From the NCBI GenBank assembly GCA_024704765.1, contig JAKMXF010000304.1:406322-470321 (forward strand): a stretch of DNA of 64,000 nt, written 5' to 3'. The notes below the pieces were generated by a model, which worked only from the letters and a program-made list of their open reading frames with translations, did no database searches and was not told the DNA's origin. The position numbers and the translations under genes were made by a program. The stretch's first letter is position 1. Every line of letters starts with the position of its first letter. The stretch comes from Oopsacas minuta (lineage: Eukaryota; Animalia; Porifera). Shown here piece after piece: positions 41,201 through 53,211 of the stretch.

Positions 41201-41976
41201 CACATGAGATTCTCAAGGTCCTTTGGGCATGTCATACGGTAGGATAGCAGACATTGATAGAATCATTGTATCAATTCTTCTTCTGACATCCGTATGGGTT
41301 ATTGATCCAGAAACACTCTGATTTTCAGAGACTGCTCTGGGTCTACCTGGGAACATTCGTTAGGCGGTGAGTTTGTATCAATAGGATCTGGAAATTTCGA
41401 AATTTTATATTGACTTTCAGTTGAAGAAATGGGACCGAATGCATCAGTATGATGATCAGGGTTGTAATTATGAAGATAATTGGGGTAGTCAATCATTTCA
41501 GTTGGATGTTCGATTTCATTGTATCCAGTTAGAGAACATGAATTAAAATCGAGGAATTAATTTTGTGAAGCTATAGCTGCAAAATATTCATCTGATTGAT
41601 CGCTTGGTTCAGCCATGATAAATAGCTACGTTGTTTAATTCGCACAAATATAATAAATACTATCCGCAGATGGTAGGACTGAGTTACTGTGTCGCAATCA
41701 GAAAATGACTTTTTGAACCCGAAATTCAACCAAATTTGCCAAAAGATTGCATGTTAGAAATATACGTTTTCCCCTTTACGATTACCACGATTTTGATTAA
41801 TACGAATTATTATGCATATATGGAGAAATTCGAGACAATTTATACGAAGTTAGAAATAGAAAATTCTTTATATGGTGCCTATGTCCTTATTTGTCGGCTA
41901 AATCCTTATATGTCGGCCATAATTCCTTATTTGTCAGCTAGCCGACAAGGTAGGCCGCCGACATATAAATAATCCC
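38251..41976 (-). mobile_element. Mutator-like element (MULE) with FAR1-type DNA-binding domain, MULE DDE domain and SWIM finger; pseudogenised
   Basis: 75-bp TIRs starting GGGATTA (6 mismatches), perfect 9-bp TSD atttacaaa (38242-38250, 41977-41985). Motifs RCNCPYSIRL..W.V.....HNHDL, VVFDTTHGTNKY, IITDGDPAM, HLLCTFH, QRSESIHS, CTC....GLPCRHM. Confidence 0.93.
39249..39643. mobile_element. pogo/Tigger-type MITE (395 bp) nested in the MULE
   Basis: TIR cactcgaacttcttatccgg / ccggataagagaggttcgagtg, TA on both sides. Confidence 0.88.
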
Positions 41977-43379
41977 ATTTACAAATACTAAATTTAGATT
42001 ATATATGCATTGAAATGTGTGTTCTATTCCATACTATGTCTGAATTGACCTTACTCTTAATATACTTCTGACCCCTAAAATACATATATAATGTACTCCT
42101 CCTCTTCGGAATTTCTGTATCGATACATTCACTCATGGCTTCTATTATCTTATTTACATGTAGAGTATTATATTTTATGGCTGCCCTTAGCAAACTACTG
42201 CCTACCGTAAAACGCTGGAAAATTTTCGTGAATCAAAGTACATTCCAATCCATGCTCTGAAAACAGACCCATATCGATTGTATTTTGTCTTCCAGTATTA
42301 ACCAATTTCAAAAAGTCTTCCAATTGTTTCAGCATAGAATGTAGCTTAGTTGTTGGCCTAGAAATATTTTCTACCAATTATATCTTCTTAGTAATTTCTT
42401 GTTCCCGTTCTTCAGAGGATAAACCGGTTATTTGGCAAATATTTACCGTTTTTATCTTGCATATTCTCGATCCCAAAGTATATTCTGGAGAAATTTCGAA
42501 TATAATTGTAGCCATTTCCCTTCGATTCTTTCCTAGAAGTTGAATGGATCAGCTCAGAATCGGCCGTTAGCACTGGAATTAGATCCTGAAGTGTAGGGAC
42601 TTTTAGACTTCACAGTTAGAATCGTCATGAACATCAGTTCCTACTCAGTATGCCTAGCTTAGGTGGCCGGAATAGTCCCTCACTATTCTATTGCTCTTTG
42701 AGATCTGTAAAATCGTTAAGATTTTTTGAAGTTACCAATTATCAAGTTTACAGTCCTAAATATTGATGTTGTACAAATTAAGGAACTTAGGTTTCCTGGA
42801 ATTATTGGATTGTAAAGATCGCAACTTTTTAGGTTACATTTTCTTTGCACAAATGCGATAGTATCAATGGTTCGAGTGGTTTCCCATGATTAACTATAGA
42901 ATTTCCCATTCTTGTAAATGCTTTGCAATTTGTACCCCTTAATGTATATAATTTGAAATAGGAGTAATATTCTAGCAACTAAATAGCCCCCTGAAGAATT
43001 TAGACATTTGCTATTATATTCCCAACAGGATCATAACGTTCCTATGTCTAATATACAATAGATATTTAGTATTTCTAGTGTATTTTTTATTGCTTGCAAA
43101 GTATTTGTTGTTTTCATACACAATCACTCATCTCTAAATAACGATGGTGAATCCTGCTCAAAGCGAACTTAAATTATGCAGTATTGAAAATACATGTTGC
43201 AGTAATATTTTTCTATAACATTATGGCAAATGTCAGTCGGCTACAAAATTTACTATTGTTTGGTCTAAGTTGAATGAAATTTTTGCATAAATATTTTATT
43301 ATAATTGTTATTCTTGAGCCATATGATGGTGGAATTTATAAGCGATAGTGAAAATAAAATCCAATATACATATTTCTGT

Positions 43380-44129
43380 ACAGTAAGGTATCTAAATCAG
43401 CGAAATCAACATTAACCAGGTTTGACCTTCAATTACAATCCTCATTTATCGGGTCAAACTCAAATCCGAAAAACGGTTGCGTAGCATATCTTTGGTCAAT
43501 TTCATTTGACACAAAAAGATCTTTCAGCTGTTGCAGTACCAACAAGAAGAGCTAATATGATGTTAATTTGCTTGAGGATACATTAGATTCATTCTTTGTT
43601 TGTAATAGAGTTTGGAAATCTGGTGTCGTTGTCAACGTTTTCGCAGTACACCCAAGCATATTTTTCCTCCCAGATTTTCTTGTAGCTGAGACGAGCCTTA
43701 TAAGCCTTTTTTCTCAGTTCGGATTTTGGAACAATAAAGCTTTGGGCAGCTATCTTCCCAAATAACTCTAGTTCTTCCAATTCATTCGTATCAGACACTT
43801 CTATATCTTCACTACAACTTTCTACGTGTGCCCCTTTTGACCCTAAGATATTTCCTAATGTCCATCGCTTAGCAACGGTCAAAAGATTTGGATTGATTTT
43901 TGCTAAAATATAGAATACGGAAAGATAATGTCAAGGATGCCAAATGTAAATATGTATGCATATATTACTACACAATAGGTTTTATGTATTCAAAACGAAT
44001 TACAGCGAAATATATTTTGACTAATACTACTTGGTTAGAGAGGGATGACAATGAAATAGTCTTTCACTCATTAATATTTTCGCCAACAATATTGATTTCC
44101 CCCACAAGAAAATTCCTCTATGAAACACT
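43380..44129 (-). mobile_element. Internally deleted ZNF862-like hAT derivative (N-terminus fused to C-terminal dimerisation region)
   Basis: 5' end cagtgtttcatagagg on the minus strand at 44129. RLSYKKIWEEKYAWVYC is followed within ~100 nt by VGTATAERSF..MKL....RNR..D.SL...MRIVIEG. The other TIR was not found. Confidence 0.65.
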
Positions 44130-44949
44130 GGCGTGTTGAAAATTTCAAGTAGTGTCTTTGAAATATATTTGTTTTGAATAGCCTCCTGTGGTAGAGTATT
44201 TTGTGGTAGGAGTGGGTGCTTCAATTGCCTCTAATTTTGTTGTGTTTGGAATTCTCATAACGCTCTTCGTGTTTTCAAATTGTTCGTTTATGTATGGAAA
44301 ATTTGACGAGCCTTGACCCATTGACTCTTCCCAGAGTTCTGGATTATGCTTGCTATTAGTGTTATGTAATTGATATTCAAACACCGATGTCTTTTATTTA
44401 CCTGTCATTCTAAGTTGGTTACAGTATTCAACTAAAATATTTACGATCCACCACTCTATATTTGGTCCTGCATTATTGATAAAATAATATTCTCCGTAGG
44501 AGTTTTAAACTTGCGTTTGTGATAGTTACTAGAGAAACCTACAATATAATTGAGATAGGAAATATATTTAACACTTACAATCACAATTCTACCTCCTTAT
44601 CTGTGTTGGAATATCATGATTGATCAAGATCAGTATATAAGACTTCTAACAATACACTCCAAATTTCAATATTTCTGAACATTCTATTACTGAACTTTAT
44701 TTCTCCACTCAACGCAAAATCTTTCTTTACCTCTGCTCCAAAGATATCTATAAATATCTCGATAATATCAACAGTATCCAAAGTGAAGAAGGCGAAAGAA
44801 TATTGAGGTTGTTTTTGTAGTTACGAACAGAAATTGAATTTATATAGTTGCTAAATATAGTATTTTATCTGTTTACCAATTTATTTTATATATTTCTTGA
44901 ATATAATATTTACTTACTCCTGTATAAATTCAAAGAATCTGTATAATTT

Positions 44950-45690
44950 GGGCGAATTTTATGTAGAACTTTGATTGAATGTGAGAAAGGCAAATTTCGA
45001 TCAAAGTTCTACCAAAATTTCTTCAGTCGAATTTTGATCGAAAATTTGTCGAATCTTGATCGAAAAAGAGAAGTTTGATCGAAAAATGAGAGCTTTGATC
45101 GAGAACGAGAATTTAAATCAATAGTGAGAACTTTGATAGACAATGGAGAAAAATGACAAATAATCCAACAATCTGCCATTTTGCAAACTTTTCTATTAAT
45201 CAGTCCCACAAAACTCCATCCAATCATAAAAATAGCATGAATTCCACACTCCGTCGTTCAATAGCTGAATAACGAACACAAATATACTCCCAGGGCCATA
45301 AGGTAGCGAGCTAAATCCCTAATCCCCTCACATTGCTACTCGTTTCTAGTTTATAAAATACATAGTGCTAGCACGTCCTAGATTGAAATCTGTCGAGTCC
45401 GGTGCATTGTGGCTTTACACGGGGGGTCAGGGGGATTCCCCTGACAAGAACAAAATTATATAACCCTGAGCTGCACTACGAGTCTGTCGGCTGGACATTT
45501 TTATCGATGGCTCAAGAAAATCAGTATTGGAAATATGAATATTGTTGTGTCGTAGAGCACGACAAGTTTTCGATTAAAGTTCGTTTGAAGACAGTTTAGT
45601 AGAACTTTGATCAAAATTTGCCTCTTCATTATTCGATCAAAGTTCGACATAAGAAAATATGATCAAAGTAAGACAAGACATTCGATCACT
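44950..45690. repeat. Two clusters of a GAACTTTGATCG-like motif in mixed orientation flanking a ~420-bp core (probable non-autonomous element)
   Basis: aggcaaatttcgatcaaagttctac (44988) is the inverse of gtagaactttgatcaaaatttgcct (to 45623); ttgatcga recurs 4 times in 45030-45115. Confidence 0.55.
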
Positions 45691-47034
45691 ATATGCAGAT
45701 GCAATTCAATTTATATGGTTACTAAATCGAATCTTTTTCCATATTATTATTGCAGGCCTATTTTCGTTCAATGTTTCTTTATATATGCTTTCTTGTTTAG
45801 TAAACTACAGCACCTCCTTTAAAATTTTCTTGGGCGGTGGCTGAGCACCCTCCTCCACTTCAAAACCGCCTCTCCACCAATCTCTCCATCAGTATCTCTC
45901 TCTCCTTCCTCCTCTCTACCACAATCCGTTGATTTATTCCTAGGTATTCCTAACCCCATCTCTAGCTACAACAGTGTCATTGGATGATCTGGCGTCGCAA
46001 GTCTCAGCGATATCGTTGACTCTATGCACCCAAATAGCAGACCACGTACTTCCCCTCGTCAATAGTTAGCTGAGTGTCAAGTCAGTCATACAGAATGGCG
46101 AGATGATAACCGCATACTTTGTGAGGAGGTACGACGTCTGTCTTCACAGCCAGACAGTGTTATCTCTGCGCCGTTTTACAGGACTGCTTTCTCTTTCGTC
46201 ATTCAAGCCTCCAGTTGAGTTCTCTTCGCCAGTCGATGTCAGTAGTATATGTCATAAAGAGATTATTTCCCCTCCTAAATGTGGATACGTGGTGATACCC
46301 TCAGGGGAAAAGTAGGCTGTTTCTTTTTCATCTTTATATTACTACTACTATACTCTCTCTATTCCTTCATAACCTGAGGTCTCGTTAAGTATCCATTGAT
46401 TGGGAGGTGGAATATCCTCTTGGTGTTTGCGACAGACATTTTCAACTGATGTAGTTGAGCAAACTGGAGACGTGAATAGTGGAAGGCACCTGTCAAGCGA
46501 CCTAGAGATAACAATTCTTCCTGGAGTGGGACAGGTATCTTACAACAAATCATAAGCATGCGGTTGCATAGTAACATTCTGCATAACAACTTGACTTCAG
46601 TTACTTTGATGGGAGCGGATACTTTTCGAGTGGATATGTCAACGAGCTCCTGTGGTTGTCCGCCGATCATCCTTCACTGTTGAAGAGGCGGTTAGGAAAT
46701 TCTGAAAATTATTCTGAGAGGAGCAAGGAGAATGAGAGACAGAGAGAGCTTTGGGAGAGACAGCGGTAAATATTTACTTTACATACACTTTATACATATT
46801 TCAATATTTTAACTTATTTTCTGCATATATTTGTTATATATTTTGTTTATATTGAAATATATTAACGAGGCTTTAGCTTGTCGCTTCGCGATGAACTCGG
46901 TGCATTGCGCCTCGAGATATCCATTATTCTCCTAATTTACTGCCCCTTGAGTATTATAATTTAAATATATATACAACAATGTAATTCATAAATATACGTA
47001 TATGGCATACATATTTTTGAATTATTTTGTAAGA

Positions 47035-47440
47035 TCAACCCCCTTTATAGCCGTTGAGAGCAAAAACCTACTTGAATTTTATGATTTGGATAATCTTTTA
47101 CTTTATATTCGTAAAGACAACAATATATTTACATATGAGAAACTTGAAAATGAGACATGGGGATTCAGCTTACTTAGTTACCCCTGAGTAGCTGTTTAGA
47201 GTAAGCCTGTACGTATATTTTGAGATTTGGCTAATTTGTTTACATTCTATTCATAAAAACAACAATAATTTTACATATGAATAATCCCAAAGTGTGAAAA
47301 TCGGATTCAGCATGTTCGATATATTCAGTGAAGATTTAATCAATTCTATTTACTTCCTCGATCAACATGATAAACATAGTTATGCGACAATTTCCAATTT
47401 GGATACCGTAAATCCTTTCCTTGACAACGGACAAACTAAC
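47035..47440. repeat. Dispersed non-coding repeat, copy 2 (with a partial tandem extra unit)
   Basis: Homologous to 7795-8060; the aaccccct.tatagccgtt.aga start is shared. Confidence 0.8.
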
Positions 47441-48534
47441 ATAAAACAAAACAGCAATTGAAATTTCATTATATATATTAATGTTCTTTAAATCATACCT
47501 ATTTGGAAATAATTTTAGTACCTACATCAATAAGCTAATGATTAGGATCGCTCGTATTTCACCGAGATAATTATTTACAAGGTGTGCTTTAGTCTAAAGT
47601 AACTACACGTTATGGGACAGAAGGCTTCACGTGTATCCACATGAATTGTATACATATACTACGACATATAGTCAGGTTTGTGACTCATGTGGTTTTCATG
47701 ATATGGTGATTCTATATAGCAGACCACTTAGTCTGGTCCGTTGATTATGATCATTCTTCAAGGGATATAATTTGTGTCAATAGAAACAATTGAATCCTGA
47801 GTAATTAGATATATCAGTGTTTTATAATTGCAAGTGTAAACAATTAATTACCCGTTTAGTGTAGCAAATAACAATCATAACTAATATATTTTGTATAATT
47901 CTTGCCTCAATACGATTTCAAATTCATCTCTTCACTTATGATAGATAAATCCTTGATTTATTGGCTAGCATAAACAACTAAAATCTACATGGGGTAAACT
48001 CGAAAGCTGCAAAGATAACTTGAAAATAATTGAAATGGTAAAGTCAATTATCTAAATATTATTTATCACTCGGTCGCGGTTAATGAAAGTAAAGTACAGA
48101 TGGTTTAGCATGGTTTGGTGATAAATCTGACCGGAAATTTGATACTTTTATGTAGAATTGATGATAGAAATTGCTACTTCAATATCCATGAATATTCTTT
48201 GGTCTTATTCTGTTAAATACCGTCATTACATCTTCACAATCTTTTCTGGAATTATTATGAAAAATTCTTACAAAAAGGGGATGACATGTATATATATCTG
48301 TAAAAATATGTGAGTAAATATAAAAGCAAATATTTGGTCCCTGGGGACGATCTCGTAAATCGTGTTTATAGATAATTTTGATGGTTGATGTGTGTAAAAC
48401 TAGTCTCAAGTAGCATTGCGGCGCCTAATGGGGGCACACTTAGTGAGGTAGAGACCAATTTTGATAATTGAATGTGACCACATTCCTACATTCCTGACAC
48501 ATTCCTGCGTTGCTAGAGAATTATTTCCCAAATA

Positions 48535-49339
48535 CAGTGAAGTCTCCAAACGGACACTCCGAGAAACGGATAAACCTCGTGGGACGGATTGTATTTGCCA
48601 AGCATGTAATACTTAAGCAGTCTCCGAGGAGAGGACAACTCTGAATTACGAACAACGGATAAGGAACTGGCCCATAATAGCGTTTCTTAATGCAAATTTA
48701 TCTTCCCAGAACGGACAACCAGAAATGCAACAAATAATTTCAAAGATATCACAAAATTTATCAAATAATATGAGTGCTATACAAGTCCCTTCTCATTCAA
48801 GTCTTTCAACAATTCTTTCATCTTGTCAAAGTAAACTTTGGGTCCATAAGGGGCGGTACACACATTTCTAGTCCGTAACCTGTTCGTTTATTTTACTTCT
48901 CTCCCGTAACCTCAACAAATCCTTTATTTACTTCTCTTCTCAAAAATTGTGAAAGTCGAGGATGTTTTGAAGTAGCTATGTGCATTGGCCCCACAATAGA
49001 TACTGTAGCTAGTCTGTAAGTGTCAACCAGTAGACAAAGTTATCTTTCTGACTTATTTGCAAACACAGTATAATATATATAGAGAGAGTATAAAGCAATG
49101 CCAATATGCTTACGTTACTGATCAGTCATCACTCTATATTATATTCAATCTTATCACAGTGCAACTAACTTGTGACTTCTCCCGTAACGATTTAACTTTA
49201 ATGCATGTAAAACTGCATTTAATATGATACATATTAAGTGTTTTGATAGAAAGATGGATCAGTCTCCGAGAAGCGGACAATTCTCTACAACGAATAGAGG
49301 CCATGTCACCAACGTGTCCGTTATTCGGAGACTCCACTG
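48535..49339. mobile_element. pogo/Tigger-type non-autonomous element, ~805 bp
   Basis: TIR cagtgaagtctccaaacggacac / gtgtccgttattcggagactccactg, TA flanks, subterminal ccgagaa.cgga motifs. Confidence 0.75.
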
Positions 49340-52300
49340 TATATTCGAGTTACCACTCGAATTACAGAAATCTTCCACTTATTACGAATATCGACACAAA
49401 TATTCTTTTCGATTTAAACTGAAATAGTGCGCTTCACTGGGGGCTTGTCTTCATCGCTCTCTTCATCCGTTAGCTTAATTATACACTAGCAAACTTCTTG
49501 GTTCTATTTGTCGCTCCTCGACGGGATATCAACACTACGTACCTAAAACTTTGTAATGCACTCATTATCTTGTTGAGTGCAGTTTCTGTCATATAAAATG
49601 TATTATACTCTTATATAACAACTCATTTTAACATTGCACACCTTGATAAAGGCCCTGTGGATATTTAAATAATCATAATATCCTATGTACCTGGCTCTAT
49701 TGCAACGTATTTAGGTATTTTGATTTAATTTAATGTATGGTACTCTCAGCAATTTTGAATTATATGTACAATTGCTATAACTAAATACATAATTTTCTTC
49801 TGTAGATCTTCGTAATCTGAAAAGTTGTTTATCAGAACTCTTCATCATACAACTATATTTCAAAATACTCAAATGAATAGAAGAGTTGGTATATTAACTC
49901 TGATAAGTAATACCGAACACTGATTTCAGTTGATATTCGAGTATTGAAATATTCGCCAAAATATTATTCGGTTGCAACCTTGTTATGTGCAAATATTCAT
50001 GAAAATCGAAGTTTAGAACTTGTGCAATCGAAAAATGCCATCTTATGAGATATTTAACTTCGAAACTTAAAATATAGGTGTGCCATATATAATGCTTTCG
50101 CTCTGCTGTTCACGCTTTAGAGATAAAGACACCAAATTTAGCATGTACACCCATAGTGACATCTACTTGTGCATCTGACTTTTGAGAACTTTCTCTATGG
50201 TATATTTTCACACCTTTTGACACCTCTGTATTTAGCCCAATCAGATTGTGGGGTTTAACATTAGGAATAAATGCATGAAATTCCTTGTTATGGAGTGTAT
50301 GTTTATATTTGCACTGTAATGTATTTATATTGATGTGGACTGCAATTCTATTCGTCAATAGATTCTCTTCGATATATATGTATTAACTTATCATATATAA
50401 TCATATTTCACACCTTTCTTTGGTGAGCATTTCAAAATTATCCAATAGATTGGTTTCCACTTGTTAAATAAGTGTAAACTTTGACATAAAATTCGAATTT
50501 TGGTTTTTTATGTCTAACAAGATTAGTAAAACTCAATCTAGATATGTTTCCCAAAATAGATATTTAGTAGAATTAGTGGCATAGCCACCCCAGGGAACTG
50601 ACCGTCGTGCTTGGGCAATCTTTTTTCGCTCCTGGGCAATATTTTTAACTGCTTTAAGCAAATTAGTTCTACTTATTAATAAATCGTCTTGTTATGTTTC
50701 GATACTCCCAATAATTTCCTTATTCATTAATATCATATCAATTTGTATTATGGTTTTACTGTTTAAACCCACTCGTATTCTTTCATTGTATTATTCTTAT
50801 AATGGCATACATTGTATATGTGGTCTAAAATCTTGGTCGTGTGCCCGGCAATTACTCAAGGCTGCCTACCCCACTGAGTGGAATAATATAGTTTCAATAT
50901 CCACTGAAATTTATTTGGTGAAATTTAAGTCGGCTCAGACGTTGATTTGAGATTATTATATCTTCAAAAATATGTCCAAAAGTGGCACATTTGAGTACTA
51001 AATATAGAAGTTTCGTATTCATTTGGGCATGTGATTTTTTTTCACTACAATAATACGGAATCAAGAATCATCATAATTGAGTTTTTGCAGTTATTCCCGG
51101 GCAAACCCTAATTCAACCTGACAAAATGAAAATTGCACTCAAATTCGAGAATATTTGATCACTTGATAATGGTCTCTCCGACAGGAATGTTGAGGGGTGA
51201 AACAGTGATACCCACTATTATTCACAGTTAGCATAATTTGGTTGCAGGTGGTAAAATCTAGATTTTAGTTGGCATATTTATTCATGATTTGTGTAGATGA
51301 CTATTTTGAAAGGGCTTTTAATGTCTAGCATGTTGCAGAGGTTGTGTCTACTGTTCTTAAACTTTAAATGTAGTTTATTTTCGAAATTATTATACATAAT
51401 TCAAATTCGATTTAGAATATGATTTTGATGAGATTTACAAATATTCTTGGCAAGAAATCTCATTCTACAATACAATGATTATCGCACAAAGACAGTGTAC
51501 ATATATTAATTTACATCTGCTCCTGAATAACTTAACTTTACTAATTTTGCATCGAATGTTTTTCTAAGTGGGTCAAACTATACCAAAGCATCCATACCTC
51601 CCAGGTACCATTCAAATTTGTAATTACATAAAATCTCTTCCTTATTGAATTAGGCAATTCTTTCAGAATATTTAATTATTATCTCGTTACGTTTCCAAAT
51701 TACACCGCTTCCGAATTTCCCATTATTCCATCATATTTCCCCAATCTTTGACCATCAACATTTTGTGTGGTTCATATTTTATATTCATTGATGATGGGAC
51801 ACTAAAGTTAGCATACTATGTATTTGCTGCTCTTGATTTATAAATTTCTCCTCAAAGTCAGTTAGTATTCATTTACAAACGATGGATGCCTCAAAAGTCA
51901 ATTTCTAACAAAAAATCGAATTATCCTTTTTTACACAGCGGCATACATATTTGATTTTAGTTTACTGTCTGTATGCAGTTTGTACTAGGACTCATGTCCC
52001 TTTGCAGCGATGTGGTATAGGAGTACCGTTAATCCTCCGATATTACTAGCTCCCTTCATGGAAAGATGTAGGAGCCCTCCTATCGAGAAAGAGGGTTACC
52101 CTGGGGTACATAGTGTGTCTTCATCGATGCATCCATGGTCCGGTGTGCAGTACCTGTATTTCGTTACTCCGACTATAAAGAATGTAGGAATATGCATTCA
52201 TTTTCCATTCTTTTCTTGATACACTTTCCTGAAAATAAATGCTTACATACCGGTTTCGACATGTTTTGACCCTGCCTACAGCTTGGCTACCTCTATATCT

Positions 52301-52990
52301 GTCTCCCACACTGAACCGCATCCTTAAGCCTTTTTGTTCTGTAGACGATTGTTGCTATAGATCGACCTATCTCATTATCCATCAATTCTTCATAGCACAA
52401 GGTCACATCCTGTTAGAGTTCACAGAGTACCCGTCATTTGTGAACCTCCATGGATGGATTTATGGCCGCCGTAAGGGGGGTTGCATCTGCCGTCCCACAT
52501 TCAACGGGCTTCATACTTCCCTGGCAGGATCGATTCACGTGTATAACTGAACTCGGTTTTCCTACTATTCGTCTGCAGGAAATGGTCGTAAGAAGATCCT
52601 GAAAGTAAGAAAAATCTATGGCATATGTATATAATTCCCACGTTCTTTATTAATTATGGAAACATAGAGAAACACTGAGGAAGGAAAACCGGTTTCGACA
52701 TTATTTGATATATCTGACAAAATCACCATTTGATTCGGATAGTTTTTCTCTAAACTGACAAAATAATGATAATTATATAGTTATACTTATATGACCACAA
52801 ATTTGTTGTGTGGATAGATTCCCGTAAAACGTTATCTACGCTGGTACTTGTGAACTCCCTATTAAAAATCCTGTGTCTTTCCTCTAACTCCCACTTGTGT
52901 ACTTACCCTTGATGTTCTTATAGAAACGCGTTTTGAAATTTGGTGTTACCATTAATTTTTGTGATAGTATGACTGTTTTTATTTATCTAG

Positions 52991-53211
52991 GAAGGAGTCC
53001 AGGAGCCAGCCAGAAAGTCATCCTGCAGCTGGAAGAACAGCTTTGCGAGAAAGAGCGTCTCATGGCCGATGCTACTCGCACCTGGATGGATCGCTTGAAA
53101 ATGACTGAGCAAAGGAAATTAGAGGAAATTGACGATTTGAGAAAAGCTGGGATTTCTTTAGGTGTTGAGAACACATTACCGAACCTAGTTAATCTTAATG
53201 AAGATCCTCAG
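52991..53211 (+). CDS. KIF14: Internal coding exon C of KIF14-like gene: coiled coil leading to the FHA-proximal PNLVNLNEDPQ motif
   Basis: Acceptor tttttatttatctAG at 52989-52990 (phase 1). RSPGASQKVILQLEEQLCEKERLMADATRTWMDRLKMTEQRKLEEIDDLRKAGISLGVENTLPNLVNLNEDPQ. Donor CAG|GTTATA at 53212. Confidence 0.9.

Larger units (their letters stand above)
36767..52990 (+). other. Intron 2 of KIF14-like gene, 16,224 bp, phase 1
   Basis: G|GA completes a Gly codon; the joined spacing to the next coiled coil is similar to KIF14 as I recall it. Confidence 0.8.
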
